From positions 328,005 to 392,004 of the forward strand of contig CAVTEW010000001.1 of NCBI GenBank assembly GCA_963733955.1: DNA of 64,000 bases. The letters run 5' to 3'. This document shows positions 38,352-47,519 of the stretch, piece by piece. This DNA comes from an uncultured Acidobacteriota bacterium. Lineage in GTDB: Bacteria; Acidobacteriota; Thermoanaerobaculia; UBA5066; Gp7-AA6. Below the pieces are notes generated by a model. It did not search any database, had not been told where the DNA came from, and saw only the letters and a list, made by a program, of their open reading frames with translations. The first letter of the stretch is position 1; every line of letters begins with the position of its first letter. Made by a program: the position numbers and the translations under genes.

Positions 38352-38927
38352 ATGCGGAAGCTGATCGCGGGAATGAAGATCTCTGCCGACGGGAAGATGG
38401 AAGGTCCCGAGGGCATGGCGGATTGGGTCGAAGCGTGGTCGGACGATTACGGCGTGATCCCGCAAGTGGACGCGTGCCTGCTCGGCGGAAAGATGTACCC
38501 CGGCTACGAGGGGTATTGGACCGGGATACGCGACGAGCCGGGCAAACCCGCCTGGATCACCGGCAAGGCGCCGACGGAGGCGGAGGTCGCCTACGCTCGC
38601 TTCGCCGCGCAGACCCCGCACTACGTCCTCTCGAGCACGCTGACGTCGGCTCGCTGGCCGCAGACGACCTTCCTTCGGGGATTGGAAGACGTCTCCGCGC
38701 TGAAGGAGAAACCCGGCAAGAGCATCTACCTCGTCGGCGGCGCGCAGACGACGGCGAGCTTGATCGAGGCCGGGCTCGTGGACGAGCTGCGGCTCATCGT
38801 CTATCCGCTGATCGCCGGCGAAGGGAAGGCGCTCTTCGCCGCGGCGACACGCCGTCGTCCGCTGGAGCTACGGAACGTTCAGCAGCTTCCAGGCGGGCGC
38901 GTCAGCCTGATCTACGGAGTCGGCTAG
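38352..38927 (+). CDS. Dihydrofolate reductase family protein (RibD C-terminal domain type).
   Basis: MRKLIAGMKISADGKMEG...YLVGGAQTTASLIEAGLVDELRLIVYPLIAGEGKALF matches the RibD_C/DHFR-like pattern. Confidence 0.7.
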   Translation: MRKLIAGMKISADGKMEGPEGMADWVEAWSDDYGVIPQVDACLLGGKMYPGYEGYWTGIRDEPGKPAWITGKAPTEAEVAYARFAAQTPHYVLSSTLTSARWPQTTFLRGLEDVSALKEKPGKSIYLVGGAQTTASLIEAGLVDELRLIVYPLIAGEGKALFAAATRRRPLELRNVQQLPGGRVSLIYGVG

Positions 38928-39007
38928 CCGAGTACGACGGCACGAGGAGTCCCCGGCAGAGTCAGAAGTCTCCCGCGTCCCTCCGTGTCCGCAGCGACGA
39001 GACGGAA

Positions 39008-39211
39008 TCAGCCAATCCTGGTGCCGGGGCAGATGAGCAGGGTACGGGTGCAACCGACGCTGCAGAAATCGCCGCACGTATCACCTGTACCGGCGCCTCT
39101 GCCCGCCTTGACGTTCTTCCCCTGGCTCTTCGAATCCAGATCACGGATCGTTTCCTTCTTCAGCTTGAGCGGCTTGGCCCCCTGGCGACCCGTGGACTTC
39201 TTCGCGACCAT
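39008..39211 (-). CDS. Candidate orphan RiPP precursor peptide (67 aa). Leader resembles the double-glycine KLKLNKETIxxL...KGG type (GG-Bacteroidales/TIGR04149-like, from memory), with a 4-Cys core.
   Basis: Perfect RBS GGCAAGGAGGAAGAC-ATG. Translation MVAKKSTGRQGAKPLKLKKETIRDLDSKSQGKNVKAG|RGAGTGDTCGDFCSVGCTRTLLICPGTRIG. The leader shares KxTxR and KNVKxG with the ORF at 43275. Confidence 0.5.
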   Translation of the reverse strand: MVAKKSTGRQGAKPLKLKKETIRDLDSKSQGKNVKAGRGAGTGDTCGDFCSVGCTRTLLICPGTRIG

Positions 39212-39393
39212 GTCTTCCTCCTTGCCTGCGACCTGTAGAGCAAACCGCGGACCACCGGAGCCGAGGCCTGATTCCATTGAGCTTGCGCGTTCCGGCCTTT
39301 CGCGCTGCGGCGCAATTTGAGCCCATAAGGAGTCTCATCCTGCGACAACGCCCAGGACATCGCCGATCCTCGCGCCGGCGGTCCGCGCGGCGA

Positions 39394-40164
39394 TCAGCGC
39401 GGGTCGTAGGGCACCGCGGGCGCGATGCGGCCGGACCGGCAGGCGCGCTCGGCCGCGTGCGAGAAGACGTAAACGCCGGCCGGATCGCTCTGGCCGTGGT
39501 TGCCCCAGGCGCCTTCCTGGGACACGATCGCGATCGCGTTGTTGAAGAGATAGACGTTGTACCAGCCGTCCGAGTCGAAGCTCGCCCAACGGTTTCCCGG
39601 GTTGAGCGTGCCGCACTCCGCTGGACCGTAGGGCCGGTGCGTCGTCGAGACGCAGATCTCCTTCTTCTCGAGGTCGGCGCGATGGACGCAGACGAAATCG
39701 CCGACGAAATCCTCCGAGTCGTGGCAGGGGTAGGGCGTCACGCCGGAGGTGGGCCAGGACTTCACAGGCGCCAATCGGGAGAGGACTCCTTTCAAGTCCG
39801 GCGACGGCTCGGGGCTCTCCTCCATCGAGGGAAGAGCGGCGAAGTCCGCCGTTCGTACCCAGCCGTATTTCCGGCTGCCGCGCGCTCCGAGATAGACCGC
39901 GCACGCGAGCGGGTCCGGAGCCGCGTTCGGGCTCGGACGGCTCGCTTCCACCAGGTCGCCGAGCACGACGAAGCTCCTGAGCCTCTGGGGAGCGGCCGAT
40001 TCTTGCGCCGGCCGGGAATAGAAGTAGGCCCGCGCTTCCCGGGCCACCATCGGTTCGAAGAGATTTTCATCCTGCGTCTTGTCGCAGGGTTGTTCGGCTC
40101 GCGATGGAGCGGCCGTGCCAACCACCACCAGAAACGCCAGCCACAGGCGCCGTCGCGTTCTCAT
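39394..40164 (-). CDS. Secreted Cys-containing hypothetical protein.
   Basis: Signal peptide MRTRRRLWLAFLVVVGTAAPSRA. 8 Cys residues. No domain recognised. Confidence 0.45.
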   Translation of the reverse strand: MRTRRRLWLAFLVVVGTAAPSRAEQPCDKTQDENLFEPMVAREARAYFYSRPAQESAAPQRLRSFVVLGDLVEASRPSPNAAPDPLACAVYLGARGSRKYGWVRTADFAALPSMEESPEPSPDLKGVLSRLAPVKSWPTSGVTPYPCHDSEDFVGDFVCVHRADLEKKEICVSTTHRPYGPAECGTLNPGNRWASFDSDGWYNVYLFNNAIAIVSQEGAWGNHGQSDPAGVYVFSHAAERACRSGRIAPAVPYDPR

Positions 40165-40530
40165 GGCCGCATCCTGTCGCGGACATGTGGCGATCGCGTG
40201 GCATTTCGAAGACAAGATGGGGGCGCGGCCGTCGGGCTCTGCCGGGTCAGGTCTGCCCCCGGAACGTCAGGGATTCGCGGCGGCCGGCGCTTTCGACTCG
40301 ACAGCCTTCCCGCGGGGCGGCGCATGCTCGACGTACGTGTCGAACCAGCGCAGCTCCTCGTACGCCAGCTGCTCGTTGGACTCCATCGCCGCGCACCTGT
40401 GCGGTTCGTGCGCGGCGGTCCGCTGCCTGCCGCCATCGCCTCCCAGGTACGACGGACCCTCATCCATGTCCGCCAAAACCGTCTCCGCGCGGGATGTAGG
40501 CTATAAACGATCCAACGGGAGGAGTGAACG

Positions 40531-40713
40531 ATGGGCGACTACAGAATGCCCGAACCGCTTCGGTGCCCGAAAACGGGGCAGACCTGGAACATGCGCGTCG
40601 CCGATGACAAGCGCCTCGAGCTTATCCGGTGCGAAAGTTGCGGAGAGATGCACACGTTGAAGGACCTTCTCGAGGCGGGGAGCTCGAAGGTGCCGGTGAT
40701 CCCGACGCGCTGA
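40531..40713 (+). CDS. Small (60 aa) zinc-ribbon protein.
   Basis: GGGAGGAG RBS 7 nt before ATG. CPKTGQ...CESCGEM is a CxxxG...CxxC pair. Confidence 0.5.
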   Translation: MGDYRMPEPLRCPKTGQTWNMRVADDKRLELIRCESCGEMHTLKDLLEAGSSKVPVIPTR

Positions 40714-40736
40714 AAAGACCTCCCCCCCTCTTTCTC

Positions 40737-41153
40737 TCAGGACTTCGCTTTCTTCGAAGGTTTCGACTTGCCAAATCCGTTGAAGGCGACGGCCTGGCGA
40801 ACGAGCGCCTTGAAGGCGGACTCGTCTACGTCTTCTCCTTCGTGGATGTCGATCGCGCGGCGGACATGTCCGTCGAGACTCGAGTTGAAGAGACGGGCCG
40901 GATCCTTCAGGGACGCGCCCCTGGCGAAGGTGAGCTTCACGTGAGTCTTGTAGGACTCGCCGGTGCAGAGGATGCCGTCGTGCGACCAGACCGGATTCAT
41001 CCACTTCCACTCCTCGACGACGTCCGGGTCCGCCTTCTTGATGAGCTTGCGCATTCGGCTGAGGGTTGCCCCGCGCCAGTCCCCGAGCTCGGCGATTCTT
41101 TTCGAGATGAGCTCCGATGCCGGCTGACTCTGTTTCGCGTCCGACTTTTTCAT
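40737..41153 (-). CDS. DUF1801 (YdhG-like) domain protein.
   Basis: AGGAGGA RBS. Translation [76 protein letters not shown] matches the DUF1801 pattern. Confidence 0.7.
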   Translation of the reverse strand: MKKSDAKQSQPASELISKRIAELGDWRGATLSRMRKLIKKADPDVVEEWKWMNPVWSHDGILCTGESYKTHVKLTFARGASLKDPARLFNSSLDGHVRRAIDIHEGEDVDESAFKALVRQAVAFNGFGKSKPSKKAKS

Positions 41154-41175
41154 GTTTTCCTCCTGGAAACCGCGA

Positions 41176-41598
41176 TCAAGCGTTCGCCGGCGCGGCCTGC
41201 TGGTTGCGCCAGAAGAAGTACGAGAGCCCCCAGAGCGCGCCGGTGCCCGCCGCCCAGGCCCACACCGCCGGGCCGTCGCCGACCGCAAAGTGGGCGATGA
41301 GCGCCGAGGCGAGGGTGATGGCGAAGCCGCCGTAGGCCCACTCCTTGAGTCGCGCCGGCACCGGCGCGAGCAACAGCACGACGCCGAGGAGCTTGGCCCA
41401 CGAGAGCTCCACCCGGAAGTAGGCGGGGAAGCCGAGGTGGGTGAACATCTCCGCCAACTGCGGCAGGCGCAGTTGCGCGTAGGCGGTGAAGCCCATCTGC
41501 AGGCAGAGGAGCGCGGTGACGGTCCAATAGACGATGGTCCTGGCTTTGACTGTGGTCCTGACGGCGGCGAGGGTCGGGTTCTGAAGGATCGATTCCAT
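41176..41598 (-). CDS. DoxX-like family membrane protein.
   Basis: Four TM helices. The sequence [50 protein letters not shown] is typical of DoxX_2. Confidence 0.65.
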   Translation of the reverse strand: MESILQNPTLAAVRTTVKARTIVYWTVTALLCLQMGFTAYAQLRLPQLAEMFTHLGFPAYFRVELSWAKLLGVVLLLAPVPARLKEWAYGGFAITLASALIAHFAVGDGPAVWAWAAGTGALWGLSYFFWRNQQAAPANA

Positions 41599-41617
41599 GG
41601 GATTCCTCCTTTCCGGT

Positions 41618-42190
41618 TCAACTTTTCGGGGCGCTGGGCGGCCAACCTTGCGCCTCTACGCCGAACTGGTTCGCGTACTCCGCGTTCAATCGCTGCCAGC
41701 CGCCGAACTTGATGGCCTCGGGGCCGACCATGCGGCCGATGGGATCTCCGCCGAGCAGATGATCCAGGACGTCGAAGGAGATGTGCCACCCGGCGGCACC
41801 CATCGAGATGAAGCGGCGATCGATGTTGTGCCACAGCGTCAGGCGCGTGCCGCCGCCTGAGCCTTCGAGCTCCCACCGGATGTCCTGGCCGCCCCAGTTG
41901 AACTCGAGCAGCCTCGGCGCTTCGGCCCGCCTCACGGTGGTCTCGGAAACCACCGGCGTGGGCGCTCCCACCGTGGTGAGCTTCACCGTGGCTCCGGCCG
42001 TTCCCAGGCTCCCATCGGCATCGAAGGGTGCCCACTCGCGAAGATCCGCCGGGTCGGTCAGCGCACGCCAGACTTTTTCCGGCGGGTGGCGCAGGTCTCT
42101 GACGAGGACGAGCGTCCACTTCTCTCCGTCCTTTCGGACCTGGGCCCCGCGCGCCGGGCCCGGCGCGTACTGCTCGCGATCGGTCCTCAT
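41618..42190 (-). CDS. SRPBCC-superfamily protein (AHSA1 / activator of Hsp90 ATPase-like).
   Basis: GEKWTLVLVRDLRHPPEKVWRALTDPADLREWAPF... is the typical AHSA1 N-terminal signature. It is the usual operon partner of ArsR. Confidence 0.7.
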   Translation of the reverse strand: MRTDREQYAPGPARGAQVRKDGEKWTLVLVRDLRHPPEKVWRALTDPADLREWAPFDADGSLGTAGATVKLTTVGAPTPVVSETTVRRAEAPRLLEFNWGGQDIRWELEGSGGGTRLTLWHNIDRRFISMGAAGWHISFDVLDHLLGGDPIGRMVGPEAIKFGGWQRLNAEYANQFGVEAQGWPPSAPKS

Positions 42191-42200
42191 CCTCTTCTCC

Positions 42201-42599
42201 TTAGCGTGAAGAGCGTGCCAGCTGGGTCAGCTGAACGAGGTTGCCGCAGGTATCGTTCAGCATCGCAATGGTCGAGCCGGTCACGTCGGTCGGCGGCATC
42301 GTGAACGCGGCGCCGCGGGCCTTGATGCGCTCGTGGTCGCCCTTGATGTCGTCGGTGTCAAACATGGCTGCGGGCTGGCCCTGCTGAAATATCGCCTGCT
42401 GATACGCTTTGGCTGCGGGATTGTTGTTCAGCGCCAGCTGCAGCTGCGTGCCGTCCGGCTCCTCGGGCGAGGCGACGGTCAGCCAGCGAAACGGGCCCTG
42501 ACTGAAATCGGCTTTCTTGGCAAAGCCCAGGACCTCGGTATAGAAGCGCAGGGCCTTGTCCTGGTCGTCCACGTAGACGCTGGTCAATTTGATTTTCAT
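42201..42599 (-). CDS. VOC (glyoxalase/bleomycin-resistance) family protein.
   Basis: MKIKLTSVYVDDQDKALRFYTEVLGF... has the paired beta-alpha-beta-beta-beta module and a conserved His/Glu pattern. Confidence 0.75.
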   Translation of the reverse strand: MKIKLTSVYVDDQDKALRFYTEVLGFAKKADFSQGPFRWLTVASPEEPDGTQLQLALNNNPAAKAYQQAIFQQGQPAAMFDTDDIKGDHERIKARGAAFTMPPTDVTGSTIAMLNDTCGNLVQLTQLARSSR

Positions 42600-42979
42600 T
42601 TCGTTTCTCCTTTGTCACGTTTGCGGTTTGCGCTGCGTCCCCTTTTCCTGGTCTTCCTTGTCGTTGGGGTGGATCGATCCATGCGGTCGAGGTGGCGTTC
42701 GAGGGCATCGAGGTGAGCGGACCAGAACCTGCGGAACGGAGCCAGCCAGGCATCCAGCTCCTGAAACGGCTCCGGTTTCAGCCGGTAGAGACGGCGCTGT
42801 GCGTCGACCGTGGATTCCACGAAACCGGCCTCGCGCAGCACCCTCAGGTGCTTGGACACGGTCGGCTGCGGCATGCGAAGCTGACGCTCGATCGCACCGA
42901 CCGACTGCTGCGACGAGACCAGAAGGCCCAGGATCGCGCGACGGTTCGGCTCCGCGAGGATTTCGAAGACGGTCTCCAC
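42596..42979 (-). CDS. ArsR/SmtB family transcriptional regulator, first gene of a five-gene stress operon.
   Basis: GTG start at 42979. FEILAEPNRRAILGLLVSSQQSVGAIERQLRMPQPTVSKHLRVLREAGFV is the HTH_20 motif. ATGA overlap with the downstream VOC gene. Confidence 0.8.
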   Translation of the reverse strand: METVFEILAEPNRRAILGLLVSSQQSVGAIERQLRMPQPTVSKHLRVLREAGFVESTVDAQRRLYRLKPEPFQELDAWLAPFRRFWSAHLDALERHLDRMDRSTPTTRKTRKRGRSANRKRDKGETK

Positions 42980-42985
42980 GCTTCG

Positions 42986-43015
42986 AATATACTCATTAGC
43001 GCATATGCGTGTCAA
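42986..43015 (-). promoter_or_regulatory. Sigma70-type promoter of the arsR operon with an embedded 10-bp palindromic operator; likely leaderless.
   Basis: On the minus strand: TTGACA-N18-TATATT-cgaagc-GTG(start). The perfect palindrome CGCATATGCG (43000-43009) lies between -35 and -10. Confidence 0.6.
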
Positions 43016-43274
43016 GGCATATAAGGCCAGGCCGAAGTTCGAACATCCGGAGGCTCGTTTCAAGACCCTGGTCCTCCACGATGGCACCACGCCGTGAAAG
43101 CCGAAACTGCGTCCCCGGCGAGCCAAGCCGTTCCAGGGTAAGACATTGCCGGCCGCGCGCGCTTTCTGGCATCGAACGTGATCAGAGGCAGGCAGGCCGG
43201 AAGTCGAAGCGGAGCCGGCTGGCGGGGACCTTGCCCTGGAGAGAGGTCGGGCAGGTCCGAAAGGAAAGACCACA

Positions 43275-43444
43275 TGACGATCAGATCCGCGGGAAAGTCG
43301 ACGCGTAACGTGAAAGACCGCAAGGAAGTCAAGAATCTGCCGGTGAAAAGAACGAGCCTCCGTCAGTTCAAGAACGTCAAGGGCGGCTCCCGCCAATCGG
43401 CGCGTCACTTCAATGGGTTCGTGGGTCGCATCAGTAGCGGTTGA
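43275..43444 (+). CDS. Candidate leader-type peptide (56 aa) related to the 39008..39211 precursor, transcribed divergently from arsR.
   Basis: GGAAAG RBS 6 nt before ATG. Translation MTIRSAGKSTRNVKDRKEVKNLPVKRTSLRQFKNVKGG|SRQSARHFNGFVGRISSG. It shares KxLx(L/V)K(K/R)xT(I/S)LRx(L/F) and KNVK(A/G)G with peptide A. Confidence 0.4.
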
Positions 43445-43890
43445 GCGATGGGCTCTCCGAACGGCGTCCGGCCACCGCGGGACTCAAACGGGCTGGAGAC
43501 GCGGACGGGACCTTCAATGCCATCGATGAGCCGGTGGTGCGGGGCGGAAGCGACGTCGGCACAAGCAGCGTCTCGTTTCATCCCTTCAGGATCGCGAGAA
43601 AGGACCAGTAACTCCACTCGCTTTTCCCGGTCTGCGGGGGATCGTCCGGAACCGGCGCCCACTTTGCCGTAGACAGTCTCAACTCAATCGTGTCGTAGAA
43701 CGTTCTCCACAATGGCGCTTCGGAAGCGCGGGCCCGAGCGAGCGCAGGCTCCGTCCTCTGCGGACCAACTCGATTTCGAGGGTCCTGGCGGCGAGGACTT
43801 TCGCGGCCGGGGCTCACACTGCGGCGATTGTCAACGTGCAAGCCCCGGCGGCGCGAGACGTCGCCGCCGCAGTCGCTCGAAGCGGATCTT

Positions 43891-45645
43891 TCAGCGGCAG
43901 CCGTTCCTCCGGCGACACTGGTTGTAGATCTGGACGCAGAAGCGCGTGCTCGAGGGATCGCCGTCCATGCAGCTGTCCCGCTCGTCGCGGCAGGCCTTGC
44001 ACTCGGGCGGGGGAGGCGGCGGCGCGGGAATCTCGATCGGGTCGACCCGGGCAAAGTACACCGACAGGCCGGGCACGTCGGGAAGGCCCGCGGGCGCGGC
44101 CGCCGAGGCCCATGCGACGTAGGCGCGCCCTTGCGCGCAGGCGATGCCGTTGTAGTCGCCGAACTTGCCGCGGCCCTTGTCGTCCTTGGGAGGCAGGCAT
44201 GAGAGGCCGGAGGGGCAGCCTCCGTGAGAGAGATCGCATCGGGGAGTGCTCGCCCGAGGCGCAGGGCAGCCGCCGGTGCCGGCCTGGGCCCAGAACGGGC
44301 ACGGCAGGCAGAAGCCTGCGCGCTGCGGCTGCTGGGAACAGGCCGCGGCTTCCTCCTTGCCGCCGCCGCCAGGCCAGCCCGAATCGCACTGGCGATCGAT
44401 GGCGTCGGAGACCTCGACCTCGCCGAGGTCCGGTCCACCGACGAAGTACTCGGTGTTGTCGTTGTGGCTGCCGGTCCGGCTTCTGCGGTCGTACCAGCCC
44501 ACGAAGACCTTCCCCTGCGTCGCGCAGGCCCACGGATGGTAGCGTTCTCCCCGCGGTTCGAGGTTGACGACGCGCCGGCTGGGAAACTCCTCGTTTCGGG
44601 AGAGCGAAGTCACGTTGTCGGTCGACAGGAGCACCACGTCGTGGTTGCCCGGGCTCGTCTCGTCGGCGTAGGCGACGAAGACGCGGAGCGGGTCGTTCCC
44701 GTCGACGGCGACGGTCGGGCCCGCCAGGATGTTCCCGACGTTGCAGCGATCGAGTCCCGCGATGGTGTTGGAGCCCTCGCACTTGACGCCGGTGAAATGG
44801 CCGATGCGTGAGGGCGCGCTGCGCCCCGCCGAGTCCGTCCAGCGAGGCTGAAAGCCGAGATTGCAGGGACTGAACCGCTGCAGCAGGAGGTCGCCGTTCG
44901 TTCGGGCGGTCGCCGAGATGACGTAGACGAAGCCGTCCGGTCCCACGGTCGCTCGGGGATAGTCGCCGCGCCGCTGCGAAGGAGGCAGGTTTCTCTCCAC
45001 GCTCCGGCGAAGCCACGTCTTTCCGCCGTCGGCGGAGCAGCCGATCATGGAGAAGTAATCCGTGTCGTCCCGCTTGTTGCGCCAGGCGATGTAGATCTGA
45101 TCCTGGCCCGGCCTCCGGTCGCCGGCGAGGTGCGGTTGATCCGAGGTGCAGCGGCCGGCCGGGACGCACCGCGCGGGCCGCAGCGTCCGATTCTTCCCCA
45201 TCTTCCTGGCGGTGAAGAGGAACTTGTGTCCGTGCCGGGAGGAGGCGATGAGGCCGTCGGAGGCGCTTCCCATCGTGGCGAAATAGAATTTGCCCTTTCC
45301 CGTCCAGGCGAGCGATGGATCGCGTGACGAGTGCATTCCCTTCGGCAGGTCTTTGCCCTCGATCGGAACGAAGACCCCGGTCTCCCAGCGAAAGAGACGC
45401 TGCCGTGAGGGCGGGATGTCGAGGGCCCTCACGCCGTTGACGGCCAGCAGGATCTCGTTTCCGTCGCCCGAGACCGCCAGCTCGATCTCGCCCGGTCCCG
45501 GAACCACGAACCGGTGTTCGCTCGCCTCCAGGCTCATGTGAGTCTGCGCCGATGCGGAGAGCGCCAGCAGGACGAGCGCGACGCCGACCGCCGGCCTTGC
45601 GGATCTCGGGAACCGGGCCACATTCCGCCCTGGAAGGAAAGACAC
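43891..45645 (-). CDS. Secreted BNR/Asp-box repeat (sialidase-like beta-propeller) protein with a Cys-rich C-terminal region.
   Basis: Signal peptide ...VGVALVLLALSASAQT. BNR motif SADGGKTW. Propeller-like repeats. C-terminal ~120 aa contain many Cys (CLPCPFW...CKACRDERDSC...). Confidence 0.55.
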   Translation of the reverse strand: MSFLPGRNVARFPRSARPAVGVALVLLALSASAQTHMSLEASEHRFVVPGPGEIELAVSGDGNEILLAVNGVRALDIPPSRQRLFRWETGVFVPIEGKDLPKGMHSSRDPSLAWTGKGKFYFATMGSASDGLIASSRHGHKFLFTARKMGKNRTLRPARCVPAGRCTSDQPHLAGDRRPGQDQIYIAWRNKRDDTDYFSMIGCSADGGKTWLRRSVERNLPPSQRRGDYPRATVGPDGFVYVISATARTNGDLLLQRFSPCNLGFQPRWTDSAGRSAPSRIGHFTGVKCEGSNTIAGLDRCNVGNILAGPTVAVDGNDPLRVFVAYADETSPGNHDVVLLSTDNVTSLSRNEEFPSRRVVNLEPRGERYHPWACATQGKVFVGWYDRRSRTGSHNDNTEYFVGGPDLGEVEVSDAIDRQCDSGWPGGGGKEEAAACSQQPQRAGFCLPCPFWAQAGTGGCPAPRASTPRCDLSHGGCPSGLSCLPPKDDKGRGKFGDYNGIACAQGRAYVAWASAAAPAGLPDVPGLSVYFARVDPIEIPAPPPPPPECKACRDERDSCMDGDPSSTRFCVQIYNQCRRRNGCR

Positions 45646-45782
45646 TCATCCACCTCCGGAAAGAAAGGGACGTCCGACCGCCTTGATTGCCAAGTATCCC
45701 CCGGGCGAGAGGAGAAAGGAGATCCGGCGGCGGGGAGATTGTCGCCCCGAGGAGTCGGTGCGGCGGCTCGATCAGCGACGGT

Positions 45783-47261
45783 CTACCTGCATCGCAGCGC
45801 CGCGGTCGGCGCGATGCGGGAGGCTTTGCGGGCGAAGAAATAGGCGGCCCGCATCGTCGCGAGGACCATCGCCGGCACGACGATGAGATAGACCGTCAGG
45901 TCGACGCTGCCGTTGAACAGCATCGAGTTCATGAGGCGTTCGAGCGCGAACCCCATCACGAGCCCGATCACCGTCCCCGTCGCCACGAGGACGAGACCCT
46001 TGCCCATCATGAGGCGGACGACGTCGAAGGGCCTCGCGCCGATCGCCATGCGGATGCCGATCTCCCGCGTCCGGCGGCTGACGTTGTATGCCACCAGGCC
46101 GTACAGCCCAGCGATCGCGAGCACGAGGCCGATCGCTCCGAGCATCGCGACCACCGTCACCGCCAGGCCCGGTCCCTCCACCGCGGCGTAGCGGTAGAGA
46201 TCCTGATAAAACCTCGCTTCGACCAGAGGCATGTTGGGGTCGAGGGTCCGGACGGCGTTCTGGACGGGCTCGAGCGACTGGAGCGGGTCGCCGGTCGTAC
46301 GCACGAGCAGGACCAGCCGGGCGACGGGATGCTGTAAGAGAGGCAGATACACGAAGTCGACCGGACGGTCCGGTAGGGCGCTGTACTTGATCGTCTTCGC
46401 GACGCCGACGATCTCGACCGCCTGTGTCGTCACGGAGGCCGCGGCAGACCCGGCCAGCCGGAACCGCTTCCCGACGGCGTCCGCGTTGGGCCAGTCCCGG
46501 CCCGGCACCTGGTCTTCTTGGTCCAAGAAGCCGCGGCCGATCGCCGGCTCGACGCCGAGAACCCGGAAGTAGTTGCCGGAGACGAGCACGCCGGCTCGGA
46601 CGGCCGCCGTGGCCCGGGCTCGGCGCTGTAGCCGACGGCGGCGGGGAACGTGCTGGCCACGACGCCGTCGTAGCTCCTGGTCTGGCCGCGGATGTCGAGG
46701 TACTCGCGGTACGAGAAGTTCGCGAAGCGATTGTCGCGGGACGTGCTCACCAGGGTCATGACGCCGTGGGGTCGGCGACCGGATACGGCCGGAAGATCAG
46801 AGCATCGAGCACGGCATCGCCGTCATCCCGATCCCCAGCGCGATCGTGACCACCACGACCACGGTCAGCCCGGGCGCCCGGCGCAGGCTCCGAACCGCGT
46901 AGCGCACGTCGTCCCCGAAGTCCGTCAGCCAGTGAATGCCGCGCGCGTCCCGGATCTCCTCTTTCCGCTGGTCCAGCCCGCGCATCGCGCGCAGGGCGCG
47001 CCGGCGCGCCTCGTCCGGCGAGAGCCCGGCGGCGACCCCCTCGTCGATCTTGTGCTCCAGGTGGAACAGGAGCTCACCAGTGCTCGACGCGCAGGACGAC
47101 GACTCGATCCTCGGTGCCTTCAGGCCTCGGAAAGCGCGACGACGGACGAGATGGCCGACGACAGGCGCTGCCAGTTCGCCGTCTCCGTGTCGAGCTGCCT
47201 CCGGCCCAGGCGGGTGAGCGAGTAGAACTTCGCCCGCCGGTTGTTCTCCGTCTGCTTCCAC
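45783..47261 (-). pseudogene. FtsX/MacB-type ABC transporter permease (ADOP-related, PadR-associated), disrupted by two compensating frameshifts.
   Basis: N-terminal cytoplasmic part plus TM1 (..RRALRAMRGLDQRKEEIRDARGIHWLTDFGDDVRYAVRSLRRAPGLTVVVVVTIALGIGMTA) runs in one frame to a stop at 46797. The conserved NRFANFSYREYLDIRGQTRSYDGV segment is in another frame (46759-~46600). The VSGNYFRVLGVEPAIGRGF...FtsX domain...ALRCR end is back in the first frame (46589-45783). Confidence 0.5.
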
Positions 47262-47455
47262 TCGGCCTTGATCCAGCCTTCCTGCTCCAGCTTGTGCAGG
47301 GCAGGGTAGAGAGACCCCTCGCTGACCTGCAGCACGTCGGAAGAGAGGGATCGCAGACGGAGGCTGATGGCCCAGCCGTGCAGGGGCTGGAGCGCGAGGA
47401 TCTTGAGAAGCAGCAGATCCAGAGTGCCCTGGACGAGATCGGCTGGTTTGCTCAT
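47120..47455 (-). CDS. PadR family transcriptional regulator.
   Basis: MSKPADLVQGTLDLLLLKILALQPLHGWAISLRLRSLSSDVLQVSEGSLYPALHKLEQEGWIKAEW is the PadR winged-HTH signature. It is upstream of the FtsX permease, the ADOP-type arrangement. Confidence 0.8.
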   Translation of the reverse strand: MSKPADLVQGTLDLLLLKILALQPLHGWAISLRLRSLSSDVLQVSEGSLYPALHKLEQEGWIKAEWKQTENNRRAKFYSLTRLGRRQLDTETANWQRLSSAISSVVALSEA

Positions 47456-47464
47456 GCGCGTTGA

Positions 47465-47519
47465 CTCATATATCGGTCTCCGAGGGGAGTCTACGGCCGT
47501 GTCCTCTCGGTAAGCAAGG
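47465..47519 (-). promoter_or_regulatory. Conserved ~55-nt hairpin element, copy A, immediately upstream of the padR start and overlapping the 3' end of aar.
   Basis: Plus-strand sequence ctcatatatcggtctCCGAGGGGAgtctacggccgtgTCCTCTCGGtaagcaagg. It has a 9-bp inverted repeat with one G-U pair, and is ~85% identical to 49525-49582. Confidence 0.55.
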
